A DNA stretch of 64,000 nucleotides from Candidatus Levyibacteriota bacterium (GTDB lineage Bacteria > Patescibacteriota > Microgenomatia > Levybacterales > UBA12049): assembly GCA_016182185.1 (NCBI GenBank), contig JACOXU010000001.1, positions 338,915 to 402,914 on the forward strand, in the 5' to 3' direction. A model generated the notes under the pieces. It did no database searches. It had not been told where the DNA came from and saw only the letters and a list, made by a program, of their open reading frames with translations. Position numbers and translations under genes: made by a program. Shown here one piece after another: positions 18,994 to 28,327 of the stretch (position 1 is its first letter; each line of letters starts with the position of its first letter).

Positions 18994-19561
18994 TAACCGC
19001 TCCTTCCCTTAGAATTTTCCAAGGTTTCTTTGTACAATCAATCACAGTCGAAGGGCTCATAACAGTGCCTGTTTTGTCTTCCAAAACATAATCAACAAGC
19101 TTGATTAAGTTTTTATTTAGATCTTTAAATTTGTATGGTGTTTTTTCTCCTTGAAAATTTGCCGAAGGGGCCAAAAGCGGTACGCCGATTTTTTTAATAA
19201 TTTTAAGAATTATTGGATGATCCGGAACTCTAACTCCAAGATTTATCCCTCCGCCTCTTACTAACTCTGGCACCTTTTTAACTTTGCAAGACATAATGAT
19301 TGTTAAGGCACCCGGCCAGAATATGTTAATTAAATTATCAATAATCTCTTTATCGATTGGCTTCAAATATTTTTGCGCCATTTCAAGAGAATCAACAAGA
19401 ACTGGCACTGCTTTATTGCGGGATCTCTTGCGAATTTGAAATAGTTTTTTAATTGCTCCCTTATTATCAATTCTACAGCCAATACCAAGAGCAGTATCAG
19501 TCGGAAAGATAATTACTCCTCCCCGATTCAATATTTCAACAGCCTTTTTAATATTATCCAT
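18980..19561 (-). CDS. tsaC: L-threonylcarbamoyladenylate synthase (YrdC/Sua5 family)
   Basis: 193 aa. VIIFPTDTALGIGC YrdC motif. Confidence 0.85.
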   Translation of the reverse strand: MDNIKKAVEILNRGGVIIFPTDTALGIGCRIDNKGAIKKLFQIRKRSRNKAVPVLVDSLEMAQKYLKPIDKEIIDNLINIFWPGALTIIMSCKVKKVPELVRGGGINLGVRVPDHPIILKIIKKIGVPLLAPSANFQGEKTPYKFKDLNKNLIKLVDYVLEDKTGTVMSPSTVIDCTKKPWKILREGAVKLDL

Positions 19562-19573
19562 GCAACTTTTAGA

Positions 19574-19608
19574 AATTAGATCAATTAGGTTAATTAGGTC
19601 AATTTATT
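19574..19608. repeat. degenerate 9-mer tandem repeat (AATTAGATC AATTAGGTT AATTAGGTC AATTTATT)
   Basis: Read directly, in the tsaC-tsaE intergenic spacer. Confidence 0.8.
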
Positions 19609-20061
19609 AATCGTTATTCTTCTCTGATTGTCATTCAAATGTTCAAATGTTATATCCCATCGCTTCCTAGGCAAAAATTTTTCAATTTTTTCTGCCCATT
19701 CGATCGCAACAATATTTTTTTTATCTTTAATTATTTCATCGATTCCAAGCCCTTCAATATCTTTTTCATCTTTAATTCGGTAAAGATCGACGTGATAGAA
19801 AGATTTTACTTTTTGGGATTTGGGATTTGGGGTTTGGGGTTTTAACTTGTATGCTCTTAGAATAATAAAAGTCGGAGAGATAATTCTTTTTTTAATCCCC
19901 AAGCTTTTTGCCAATCCCTGGGCAAATGTTGTCTTGCCACTGCCTAATTCTCCATAGAGCGCAAGAACATTACTCTTTTCCAGAGTTTTGGAAAGATTCT
20001 TAGCTAATTCTTGGGTCTCTTCAAGATTTTTGGTGATGTATACTTTTGTTTGGTTATTCAC
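19594..20061 (-). CDS. tsaE: tRNA t6A biosynthesis ATPase TsaE
   Basis: Walker A LALYGELGSGKTTFAQGL plus the YHVDLYR motif of TsaE/YjeE. Confidence 0.85.
   Translation of the reverse strand: MNNQTKVYITKNLEETQELAKNLSKTLEKSNVLALYGELGSGKTTFAQGLAKSLGIKKRIISPTFIILRAYKLKPQTPNPKSQKVKSFYHVDLYRIKDEKDIEGLGIDEIIKDKKNIVAIEWAEKIEKFLPRKRWDITFEHLNDNQRRITINKLT
19812..19839. repeat. heptamer tandem repeat (TTTGGGA x2, TTTGGGG x2) inside tsaE coding sequence
   Basis: Read directly. Encodes the PKPQTPNPKSQK low-complexity insert of TsaE. Confidence 0.8.
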
Positions 20062-20905
20062 TTTTTCTCTCGCTTAATTTTTTCCAAAAAGGACGGCCAA
20101 ACAGTATACCACATATAGCCACCAAAACTACTCCTATCGCAATTAAAATTTTGGGTAAATTATTCTGGGTAGCGCCTAAGGTTTTTACCTCATTTGATTT
20201 TTCTTCATTTTTCACCCTAGGAGATGGCGTGGAAATCTTTTCTTCGGCAGAGAGTTTAACCGTTGACTGGTTTTTTTCTCCCAAAACCGCCTTATAGTTT
20301 AGGGTCTGTGATTTGGCTCCTTGAAAAACTGTAGGGCTTAAACTGGACTTTGTAGATGCAACAGTAGGAGTTTTAGATGTACTTTTGCTCGCCGTTGTCT
20401 TAGTTGGAGTAGGTGTAGCTGTCGGAGCAAGAGTTGGGGTTGGCGGCGCATAATTGGGGCCTCCTTTCGTACTTGATGAAAGTATTGCAAATTCTCCATC
20501 TCCATCCGGAAACCTGCCAATTGGTATATCAGCCCCGGGATCTTCTGTAAATTGATATTGATCAATAATTTCTCCGGTTGGTGAAAAAAGAACTACGTAA
20601 TCTCCATCATTGTTCAAAAATGAGCTAATTTCGAAATAAGGATATGAAGAGCTGCTATTATTAATAGTTGTCAAACTTTTTTTACTACTACTTCCCGTAT
20701 CGCTATTAAAATCCGTATCGTCATCAAGAAAATAGCTAGAAAGATCGATATTATCTGGATTATAAAATTCTACCCATTCTTTATTCCCGGAGCTGGGGTG
20801 GGCCAAAAATTCATTAATTACGATAGTTTCTGAAGCATACGCTTGTGAGGGTAAAAAAAATAAGAGAATTAAAAAAAACGAAAAAAAATTAATAATTTTT
20901 TTCAT
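20054..20905 (-). CDS. secreted/anchored lamin-tail-domain (LTD) protein with Pro/Thr-rich linker and C-terminal TM anchor
   Basis: Signal peptide, then INEFLAHPSSGNKEWVEFYNPDNIDL (LTD signature). PTPTLAPTATPTPTKTT linker. C-terminal hydrophobic anchor. Confidence 0.65.
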   Translation of the reverse strand: MKKIINFFSFFLILLFFLPSQAYASETIVINEFLAHPSSGNKEWVEFYNPDNIDLSSYFLDDDTDFNSDTGSSSKKSLTTINNSSSSYPYFEISSFLNNDGDYVVLFSPTGEIIDQYQFTEDPGADIPIGRFPDGDGEFAILSSSTKGGPNYAPPTPTLAPTATPTPTKTTASKSTSKTPTVASTKSSLSPTVFQGAKSQTLNYKAVLGEKNQSTVKLSAEEKISTPSPRVKNEEKSNEVKTLGATQNNLPKILIAIGVVLVAICGILFGRPFWKKLSERKSE

Positions 20906-22104
20906 TTAAGGATCGTATGAAGATAGAAAGTATCCAAACCATCTTCGTTGTGATGAACTCTGACATAAGGCAGAGTGCATCCCTGATAGCCCGAATAGCT
21001 CCCCCTGAATAAGGTGCCAGATTTAACGGCTTTGACATTATAAGAGGATCCTGATATATCAATCCCATTATGTGTCGGGTAGAAACCGTAAGTTCGAACA
21101 TACCAGGTGTTACCATATCCCTGGTTAAACTTAATTGGAGGATCTATTGGCCAATCCCAGCTGCCAGAAGGATTAAAAGGATCACCTTCTGAGTTATCTG
21201 TATATTCAACAGGTTTTAGGAAATTAAACGGATTAAGCGCTGCCCCATCTCTACTGACTGTAAAATGCACATGTGGTCCGGTTGAATTGCACGATGCAGT
21301 TGGAATAATAGTCGCAATAATATCTCCCTGATTTACATTTCTGACTTCGGATTCTGTTCCTTTTCCCGCGATAATTCCAACAATTGCCTCATACTCTGCC
21401 TTTGCCTGCGCTAGCAATCTTTGATATCTTACTTCATCGCTCTGGGTTATCTCAAGCAGTGCATCTTTGTTTTTCTTCTCCTGTGTTAATTGATTTGTAT
21501 AATCTTCAAGTTTAACCTTAAGAGCTTCAACTTGTTTTTTCTTATCCTCATAAATATTCTTTTGATTTGTATAATCATTTTTGGCCTGCGTCGTATCATA
21601 AATCAGCTTCTTATCATGTTCTTGGGCGATTTTAAGATAGTTAAGCCTTGAGAAAAAATTTGATACGTTATTTGAAGAAAGCAGGATGTGAAAAGGCTGA
21701 ATTGTACCAATCTCGTAAGTTGCCTTAATTCTATTAATTAATACACCAGTAAATTTTGTTAGAGAATCCTCAAGGGTAGAAATTTTCTTCGTTGCAGTAT
21801 CGATATCCAATGTCAAATTTGTGATTTCTGTCTTTGTTGACTCAATCTTAAGCTGGGTAATTTTTATCTGGCTCTCCATAACTGCTATTTGAGAAGATAG
21901 AGTTTTTTTCTGCTTCTGAAGCTCAGAAATCCTATTTTGAAGATCGTTGATTTGGTTTTGTAAATCTTTTATTGCTTGTGAGTTATCGGGAGTTGGAGTT
22001 GGGCTTGGGGTTTGAGCAAAAGTTAAATGATTAAAGACGAGGACTGAAAATAGAAAAAAAGTTATAAATGATACAGTTAAATATTTTTTCAAAACTAGAA
22101 TCAT
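20902..22104 (-). CDS. coiled-coil M23 family peptidoglycan hydrolase (EnvC/PcsB-like FtsEX partner); M23 motifs in permuted order
   Basis: N-terminal signal/TM. About 200 aa of heptad-rich coiled coil. Then STGPHVHFTV (HxH motif) precedes WPIDPPI...YPTHNGIDI (HxxxD motif). Directly downstream of ftsX. Confidence 0.75.
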   Translation of the reverse strand: MILVLKKYLTVSFITFFLFSVLVFNHLTFAQTPSPTPTPDNSQAIKDLQNQINDLQNRISELQKQKKTLSSQIAVMESQIKITQLKIESTKTEITNLTLDIDTATKKISTLEDSLTKFTGVLINRIKATYEIGTIQPFHILLSSNNVSNFFSRLNYLKIAQEHDKKLIYDTTQAKNDYTNQKNIYEDKKKQVEALKVKLEDYTNQLTQEKKNKDALLEITQSDEVRYQRLLAQAKAEYEAIVGIIAGKGTESEVRNVNQGDIIATIIPTASCNSTGPHVHFTVSRDGAALNPFNFLKPVEYTDNSEGDPFNPSGSWDWPIDPPIKFNQGYGNTWYVRTYGFYPTHNGIDISGSSYNVKAVKSGTLFRGSYSGYQGCTLPYVRVHHNEDGLDTFYLHTILK

Positions 22105-22123
22105 AATTCATATCTTTTATCTT

Positions 22124-22990
22124 TCATTTTAGATATCGTAAAACTGCCAAATAGCTTGCGAGTGCCCCAATAATAATTGCCATAATAAGTTCAATTAGCA
22201 AAACCTCTGCATAAAAAATAAATGGAACCGGAAGAATGGGAACTCCTCTTAGAAAAGAGGATAGAAATGGGGTTGCATAGACAAGCGCGCCGGATGCAAT
22301 TCCCCAGCCTAAAACAGCACCAATCATTCCATAAAACATTCCTTCAAAAATAAAAGGCCATCTGATATACCAATTTGTCGCTCCTATCAATTTCATTATT
22401 TCAATATCTTCTTTTTTCTGTGAAATCTTAATTCCTGTTATTGTAAGAACAATAAAGAACGAGACCAGTGATAGAACTATTATCAGCCCCAATCCAATTC
22501 GTCTTAGAGCATTGGTCCAAGATGTAAGCGTCGCAACTATATCCTTTTGATAAATAACTTCTTGAACCAAAGGTGATTTCTTCAGGGTCTCGGACACGGT
22601 TCCCAGATCTTGAATTTTATACGTTGATATTTCTATTGAGGCCGGTAAAATATCTGCTGTTACCAAATCAAGGAGTAAGGGATCGTCTTTATTCTGCTCT
22701 TTGTAAATTTTAAGAGCATCTTTTTTTGAAACAAACCTGATTGAAGCGACCTTACCAGAATTTCTGATTTCGTCTTGAAGCGTATCCATTTCTTTTTGCT
22801 TTGCTTCATTGTGAAAAAAGGCTGTTACCTGAGGTTTTGATTCAAAAAAATTAATAATTTTTGATGATCCAGTAATAAGAAATGTAAAAAAAGATACGGT
22901 AAGAAATGTAAGCATCATTATCAAGACTGCGGCAAATGCTTGATAGGGTGATCGTCTAATATTATGCCAGGTTGTCCTATAAAACTTCAT
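22124..22990 (-). CDS. ftsX: cell division permease FtsX
   Basis: 288 aa. TM1, a large extracytoplasmic loop, then three C-terminal TMs. Follows ftsE. Confidence 0.85.
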   Translation of the reverse strand: MKFYRTTWHNIRRSPYQAFAAVLIMMLTFLTVSFFTFLITGSSKIINFFESKPQVTAFFHNEAKQKEMDTLQDEIRNSGKVASIRFVSKKDALKIYKEQNKDDPLLLDLVTADILPASIEISTYKIQDLGTVSETLKKSPLVQEVIYQKDIVATLTSWTNALRRIGLGLIIVLSLVSFFIVLTITGIKISQKKEDIEIMKLIGATNWYIRWPFIFEGMFYGMIGAVLGWGIASGALVYATPFLSSFLRGVPILPVPFIFYAEVLLIELIMAIIIGALASYLAVLRYLK

Positions 22991-23030
22991 ACTTCAATTA
23001 ATTCAGCATGACCCTGAGCTTGTCGAAGGG

Positions 23031-23750
23031 TCATTTTGTTTCTTTGGGCCTCTCAGCCGACTCTTGTTCTTTCTTTTCCTCAGATTTTTTCTTCTCATCT
23101 TTTACAATACGCCCTTTCTCAAGCTTTACAACTCTTTTTGAAAGTTTGCTGACAATATCTGTATTGTGAGTTGCCATGATAATTGTCGTTCCCTTCGCAT
23201 TGATGTCAGACAGAATCTTAACAATTTCCCATGAAGTTTCTATATCCAAATTTCCTGTAGGCTCATCTGCCAATAAAATCTCAGGTGACAAGACAAGAGC
23301 CCTTGCAATGGCTGCTCTTTGCATTTCACCGCCTGAAAGTTGAATCGGAAATTTATCCTTATGCTCAATTAATCCAACCTGGGTAAGAACTTCCTCAACC
23401 TTTCTTTTGATTTCTTCTTCCTTCTTACCTACAATTTCAAGAGGCAAGGCAATATTTTCAAATATGGTTCTGTCAAGAAGTAATTTTAAATCTTGAAAAA
23501 CCACTCCCACCTTTTTTCGAAGATGAGGTATCTTTTGCTTCGGAAGTTTTCCGATATTCCAATCATTCACGATAATTACTCCCTCTGTAGGAAGAAGCTC
23601 TCTTGTGATGAGTCGAAAAATAGTAGTTTTACCGCTCCCTGTCGGACCAACAAGAAATACGAATTCCTGTTTATCAACGTTGAGATTAATTTCTGATAAC
23701 GCGAAGACTCCTGTGCCAAACTTCTTTGATACTTTATCAAGTTTTATCAT
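23031..23750 (-). CDS. ftsE: cell division ATP-binding protein FtsE (with Lys/Glu-rich C-terminal tail)
   Basis: Walker A GPTGSGKTT, signature LSGGEMQR, Walker B LLADEPTGNLD. C-terminal KDEKKKSEEKKEQESAERPKETK tail. Confidence 0.9.
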   Translation of the reverse strand: MIKLDKVSKKFGTGVFALSEINLNVDKQEFVFLVGPTGSGKTTIFRLITRELLPTEGVIIVNDWNIGKLPKQKIPHLRKKVGVVFQDLKLLLDRTIFENIALPLEIVGKKEEEIKRKVEEVLTQVGLIEHKDKFPIQLSGGEMQRAAIARALVLSPEILLADEPTGNLDIETSWEIVKILSDINAKGTTIIMATHNTDIVSKLSKRVVKLEKGRIVKDEKKKSEEKKEQESAERPKETK

Positions 23751-23800
23751 ATATGCACGTAAATATAGCCCTTGCAGATCTTATCTTATAATAAGAAGGA

Positions 23801-24274
23801 CTATTGGATAACTTCTACTCTTCCGACATCCATCAACCAACCAGCATACTGGGCTTTTTGAGTTTGACCCCAAACCTTTATCTTCTTGTCAATTAATTTT
23901 GACAAATCAACTGTTGATGAAGTCATGTAAACATTTTGACTGTCGCCGCCTGGTCTTACTAGATGAAATGCTCCTTCTCCTTCAATTCCGCCTTCCTTAA
24001 GAATTCCCTCGGCTGTATCTTTAAAAGTTTTAAGGTCATCTGAACCAAGTTTTGTTCCTTTGGAGATTTTGGATGAATCAGTTAAATTGCCTGTAGAAAT
24101 ATTACCAACCTCCACTCCTTTTGAGGAAAGGACATAGCCCGTACCAATACCTAGAATTAAAATCACAGTTAAAATAAGGAAAAATTTAAGCGTAAATATA
24201 TTTTGGCTTTTCTCAAAATTATGTACAATAGGAGGTTCCTGCGACTGGTCAATATCTTTTTTTTCTTCTTCCAT
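23801..24274 (-). CDS. hypothetical single-pass membrane protein
   Basis: 157 aa. One TM near residues 28-50, and a Gly-rich extracytoplasmic domain. Confidence 0.4.
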   Translation of the reverse strand: MEEEKKDIDQSQEPPIVHNFEKSQNIFTLKFFLILTVILILGIGTGYVLSSKGVEVGNISTGNLTDSSKISKGTKLGSDDLKTFKDTAEGILKEGGIEGEGAFHLVRPGGDSQNVYMTSSTVDLSKLIDKKIKVWGQTQKAQYAGWLMDVGRVEVIQ

Positions 24275-24325
24275 CCTTAAAATCCTCTCTTAAAGTAAAG
24301 CATATTTCTCTCATTTTGGCAAATT

Positions 24326-25330
24326 CTAAAGTTTTCTTAATTCCTCATCTATAAAAGAGTCTAAATCGCCATCAAAAACAGCTTCTGTATTGGTGGTCTC
24401 ATATCCTGTGCGTAAGTCTTTAACCATGTGATATGGGTGCAATACATAAGAGCGAATCTGATTCCCCCAGCCTGGGGTTTTATATCCGCCTTTTAATCTT
24501 TGTTCTTCCTTTTTTCTTTCTTCTTCCCTCAAAATCCAAAGCTTTGCACGGAGCATTTTAAGCGCGTATTCACGATTCTGTCCCTGATAGCGCTGGGCTT
24601 GGGCCGTAATTATTATTCCTGTAGGCTTATGTTTAAGCCTCACGGCAGTTGAGACCTTTTGTACATTTTGTCCGCCCTTGCTGCTTGACCGGTAAAAATC
24701 CCATTCAAGATCATCCTCTTTGATAATAATCTTGCTGTCTTCTCCAATCTCTGGCATTACCTCAACTAAGGCAAAAGATGTATGTCTTAAGTTATCTGCA
24801 TTGAAAGGAGATAGCCTCACCAATCTATGCACACCAGATTCTCTTTTTAAATAGCCGTACGAATATTTCCCATCGATTGAAATGGTGAGACTTTTTATAC
24901 CTGCTTCTTCTCCCTGAGTCTCCTCAATCAATTCGTATTTCCAATCCTTTCGCTCTAAATATCTAGTATACATTCTGTACAGCATTTGAACGAAATCCAT
25001 AGCTTCAACTCCTCCTTGCCCGGCGTGAATGGAAAGGATAGCGTTTGCTTCATCGTATGCGTTTGAAAGATATAGCAAAACTTCAAGTCTATTCAGCAAT
25101 ATTTCCGCATCTTTATAGTTCCCGGCAGCAACAAGCTCCTTAAGTTTCTCCGCATCTCCGACTTCCTTCTGGAGATTTGCCAAATTTTTCATCTTTGAAG
25201 CTGCGGACTTATGATCTTTCCAGAAAGATGGGCCAAGACTCTCTTGCTCAAGTACCTTGATATCGCTTTTTTTTTGGAAAATATTAAATTTTTCAAGCAG
25301 TTTATCTGCTCTTTCTTTTATTTCATTCAT
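24326..25330 (-). CDS. prfB: peptide chain release factor 2 (no programmed frameshift)
   Basis: SPF tripeptide (LVRLSPFNA) and GGQ (SSSKGGQNVQK) are present. 334 aa in a single frame including the N-terminus. Confidence 0.9.
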   Translation of the reverse strand: MNEIKERADKLLEKFNIFQKKSDIKVLEQESLGPSFWKDHKSAASKMKNLANLQKEVGDAEKLKELVAAGNYKDAEILLNRLEVLLYLSNAYDEANAILSIHAGQGGVEAMDFVQMLYRMYTRYLERKDWKYELIEETQGEEAGIKSLTISIDGKYSYGYLKRESGVHRLVRLSPFNADNLRHTSFALVEVMPEIGEDSKIIIKEDDLEWDFYRSSSKGGQNVQKVSTAVRLKHKPTGIIITAQAQRYQGQNREYALKMLRAKLWILREEERKKEEQRLKGGYKTPGWGNQIRSYVLHPYHMVKDLRTGYETTNTEAVFDGDLDSFIDEELRKL

Positions 25331-25339
25331 TTGTAGAAT

Positions 25340-26605
25340 TTAAGTAACAAAATAAGTCCAGAAAAGGAGGAAGCTTGCTGCCAGCATCACTATAACAGTA
25401 GTAATTCCTAGAATATTAAGAAATATATTATTTGTTCTTTCTCCCATAATTTTTTTATTGTTAGCGATTAATAATATCATCAAAAGAAGCGGCGGGGCAA
25501 TAACTCCATTTATTACAGCTGAATAATATAGGGCGATAATTGGATCTATTCCGATAAAATTGATCAGGAGTCCAACAGCTGTTGCAACGGTAATCACCCC
25601 GTAAAAACCATGAGCGGTCTTGAATTTTCTGCTAAGCCCTGCCTTCCATCCCAGTGTCTCTGATACCGCGTAAGAAGCCGATCCTGCCAGAATAGGAAGG
25701 GCAAGAAGTCCTGTCCCTATAATGCCAACCGCAAAAAACAAAAATGCATAGTCGCCTGCCAAAGGCTTGAGAGCCAAAGCTGCATCAGAAGCACTTTTAA
25801 TATTGTTAATTTTACTGGAAAAAAGAGTAGCTCCTGTTGTTATAATAATAAACCACATCACAATATTTGAAAAAAACATTCCGACAAATGTATCAAGTCT
25901 TAGCCTTGAGATATCTTTTGGTGTTATTTTAGGTTGACCTGCTCCCATTTGGCGCAATTTCCCACGCGAAATTTCTTCTTCAACTTCTTCATCTGCCTGC
26001 CAGAAAAAGAGATATGGAGATATTGTCGTGCCTAAAATAGCTACAATATTTAAAAGATAAATTTTATTAAATTCTATATGGGGTATTATTGTCGAACTAA
26101 AAACATCAAGCCATTCAATCTTTATAATAAACGCAGTAATTATATAAGATATAAGCACGAATGCCAGATATTTTAAATATTTTGCATAAGTTTTATAGGA
26201 AACAAAAATCTCAAGAATAAGAGTTATGAATACCATTGCGAACAGCCAAAAGATAAAAGGTAGGCCAAGAAGAAGTTGTGCGGAAGCTGCCATTGCGCCA
26301 AGATCTGCTCCAATATTTATAGTATTTGCAATAAGAAGCAAAGAAATCATAACGTAAAGCACATACTTGGAATAGTAGCTCTTTATAACTCCCGCAAGGC
26401 CTTTTCCTGTTACAAGTCCAATTCTGCCACACATTTCCTGCACAGCTACCATAAGAGGAAAAGAAAAAATTGCAGTCCAAGCTTGAGCAAAACCAAAGGT
26501 GGCACCGGTTTGTGAATAAGTGGCAATTCCCGACGGATCATCATCAGATGCACCGGTTATGAATCCAGGTCCTAAAAATTTGAAAATTTTTGCGATTTTT
26601 TTCAT
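25340..26605 (-). CDS. mntH: NRAMP family divalent metal (Mn2+/Fe2+) transporter
   Basis: GPGFITGASDDDPSGIATYSQTGA and MVAVQEMCGRIG are canonical Nramp motifs. 11-12 TM. Confidence 0.9.
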   Translation of the reverse strand: MKKIAKIFKFLGPGFITGASDDDPSGIATYSQTGATFGFAQAWTAIFSFPLMVAVQEMCGRIGLVTGKGLAGVIKSYYSKYVLYVMISLLLIANTINIGADLGAMAASAQLLLGLPFIFWLFAMVFITLILEIFVSYKTYAKYLKYLAFVLISYIITAFIIKIEWLDVFSSTIIPHIEFNKIYLLNIVAILGTTISPYLFFWQADEEVEEEISRGKLRQMGAGQPKITPKDISRLRLDTFVGMFFSNIVMWFIIITTGATLFSSKINNIKSASDAALALKPLAGDYAFLFFAVGIIGTGLLALPILAGSASYAVSETLGWKAGLSRKFKTAHGFYGVITVATAVGLLINFIGIDPIIALYYSAVINGVIAPPLLLMILLIANNKKIMGERTNNIFLNILGITTVIVMLAASFLLFWTYFVT

Positions 26606-26606
26606 T

Positions 26607-26987
26607 CTACAATCCCTTACATATGTTTAAACATGCATCCTTTAATTGATTACTGGGGAGATTTTGTAAGTTTTTTATATCGTTTATTATTTTTTGGATC
26701 TGGGGCGTTGAAGTTGCAATTTCTGAAATGTTAATATTCTCTGCGTCCTGTTTTATTGACTCTAATTTTTGTGACACTGCTGAGCCTATATCGGGGGCAG
26801 ACCTTTGATTTGGATTTTTATATGTTGCTACACCCTTAATTGCTGAGAAAGAAGGTTTGTTTTTCAAAAAATTTGAAATCGTATTCCCTTTTAACTCTAA
26901 GCCAATACCTATTAAAACGGCTATTAAAAAACTTGCAATAAGTATTCTTTTTTTATTCCAAGATTCCTGAAATCCAACCTCCTTCAT
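26607..26987 (-). CDS. hypothetical membrane-anchored protein
   Basis: 126 aa, one N-terminal TM. 1-nt gap to mntH. Confidence 0.4.
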   Translation of the reverse strand: MKEVGFQESWNKKRILIASFLIAVLIGIGLELKGNTISNFLKNKPSFSAIKGVATYKNPNQRSAPDIGSAVSQKLESIKQDAENINISEIATSTPQIQKIINDIKNLQNLPSNQLKDACLNICKGL

Positions 26988-27030
26988 GAAGTAATTGTAG
27001 GCTATGCAATCTTCATTTGCAAACCAAAAA

Positions 27031-28269
27031 TTAAGTCATTCCAATAAGCATAAGCATGTAGTCTCTGAGAAGTCTAGGCATTAGATATTTTTCCCGAACG
27101 CTTTCTTTTGCTTTCTCACCCATCCGAGTTTTAAGATTAACGTCCTTAAGAAGTGTAATTACTGCATTCGTACATTGCTCTATGGTTTCCACCAAAAAAC
27201 CGCTTATCCCATCCTCTATTTGTACTTTTATACCCCCAGTTTTACCGCCTACAACAGGATTTTTTTTCCACATTGCTTCAGTTACAGTGAGGCCAAAGCC
27301 TTCTCTTTTTGACTTTTGAATAACTACATCTGCAATAGTCTGTAAAGCATTAATCTCTATGGAACCTAGTCCATCTCTATCAGAAAGTATAAATATATTC
27401 TCATCATTTATTGTTTTATCTTTAATCTCTTGAATAACTTGAATTGCTTCAGGATCATCTTCCGGAAGAGACCCTGTAAGAATTAACTGAGAATCAGGAA
27501 AATGTTTTCTTACTTGAAGATATGACTTAATTACCCCCAAAGGATCTTTCCAATGGTCAAAACGCGAAATTTGAACAAGAATTGGCCGTCTAGGATCAAT
27601 TTTAAATCTTCTTAACATATTTTCAGCAAAATCTCTATTAATTATGACGTTTTTCAAGGAAAGCGGGTCAATCGCCGGAGGGAAGAATAATAATTTATCT
27701 TTATTTATTCCTTCAAGTTCATATTCCGATAAAGAAAATATAACTCTTGAATATTTATTTACAAAAGGAACTATCATGGCTCTTGCCCATTCATTTACAA
27801 AAGAAGTATCCACATGACAGTGCCATACAGTTTTAAATTTTTTGCAAACCTCAGCACCTGCTGACAATGGCTGTGGATCATTAATTATTAAGACGTCTGA
27901 ATTAAGCTGCTTTAGCTGTTCTGCAATTTGCTTATTGGTGTCTATATATTGTTTCAGTTCTTTGTCTGAGAATTTTCCTTGCTGACCCTGCAATAAATTA
28001 TGCAATTTTTTGGTTGTGGAGAAAAAATTTGGCTCAGTTCGGGTAACATACCAGGCTATATTTATTCCAATACTCTCAAACATCGGAATAAGGCTTTTTA
28101 AAATCTCGGCTACCCCGCCACCTGATGCGGTAGAGTTTACAACGGCAATCTTAATCCTTTTTAATTTCTCCCCTAGAGTTAAGATTTCATTATATAAAAC
28201 TGGAGAGATTATGTCTTTATATTTCTTTATCTCAATTCTCGAATATGGTACTTTGCTAATGTCTGCCAT
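27031..28269 (-). CDS. GT4 family glycosyltransferase, TreT-like (trehalose glycosyltransferring synthase-like)
   Basis: N-terminal KIAVVNSTASGGGVAEILKSLIPMFESIGI resembles archaeal/bacterial TreT. C-terminal GT4 E-x7-E region (KREGFGLTVTEAMW). Confidence 0.6.
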   Translation of the reverse strand: MADISKVPYSRIEIKKYKDIISPVLYNEILTLGEKLKRIKIAVVNSTASGGGVAEILKSLIPMFESIGINIAWYVTRTEPNFFSTTKKLHNLLQGQQGKFSDKELKQYIDTNKQIAEQLKQLNSDVLIINDPQPLSAGAEVCKKFKTVWHCHVDTSFVNEWARAMIVPFVNKYSRVIFSLSEYELEGINKDKLLFFPPAIDPLSLKNVIINRDFAENMLRRFKIDPRRPILVQISRFDHWKDPLGVIKSYLQVRKHFPDSQLILTGSLPEDDPEAIQVIQEIKDKTINDENIFILSDRDGLGSIEINALQTIADVVIQKSKREGFGLTVTEAMWKKNPVVGGKTGGIKVQIEDGISGFLVETIEQCTNAVITLLKDVNLKTRMGEKAKESVREKYLMPRLLRDYMLMLIGMT

Positions 28270-28313
28270 TATAATCTAGAATCTAAATTCTATAATATCA
28301 GCATTGCTAATCC

Positions 28314-28327
28314 GTGTAAATTTACAC
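28314..28327. promoter_or_regulatory. perfect 14-bp palindrome GTGTAAATTTACAC between a TATAAT box (28291-28296) and the mazG-like start
   Basis: Read directly. A second palindrome TAGAATctaaATTCTA lies at 28277-28292. Confidence 0.4.

Noticed and set aside
24326-25345. Looked for the programmed +1 frameshift site (CUU UGA C) typical of prfB
   Set aside because: The N-terminus of RF2 is contiguous with the rest of the protein in one frame. No frameshift is needed.
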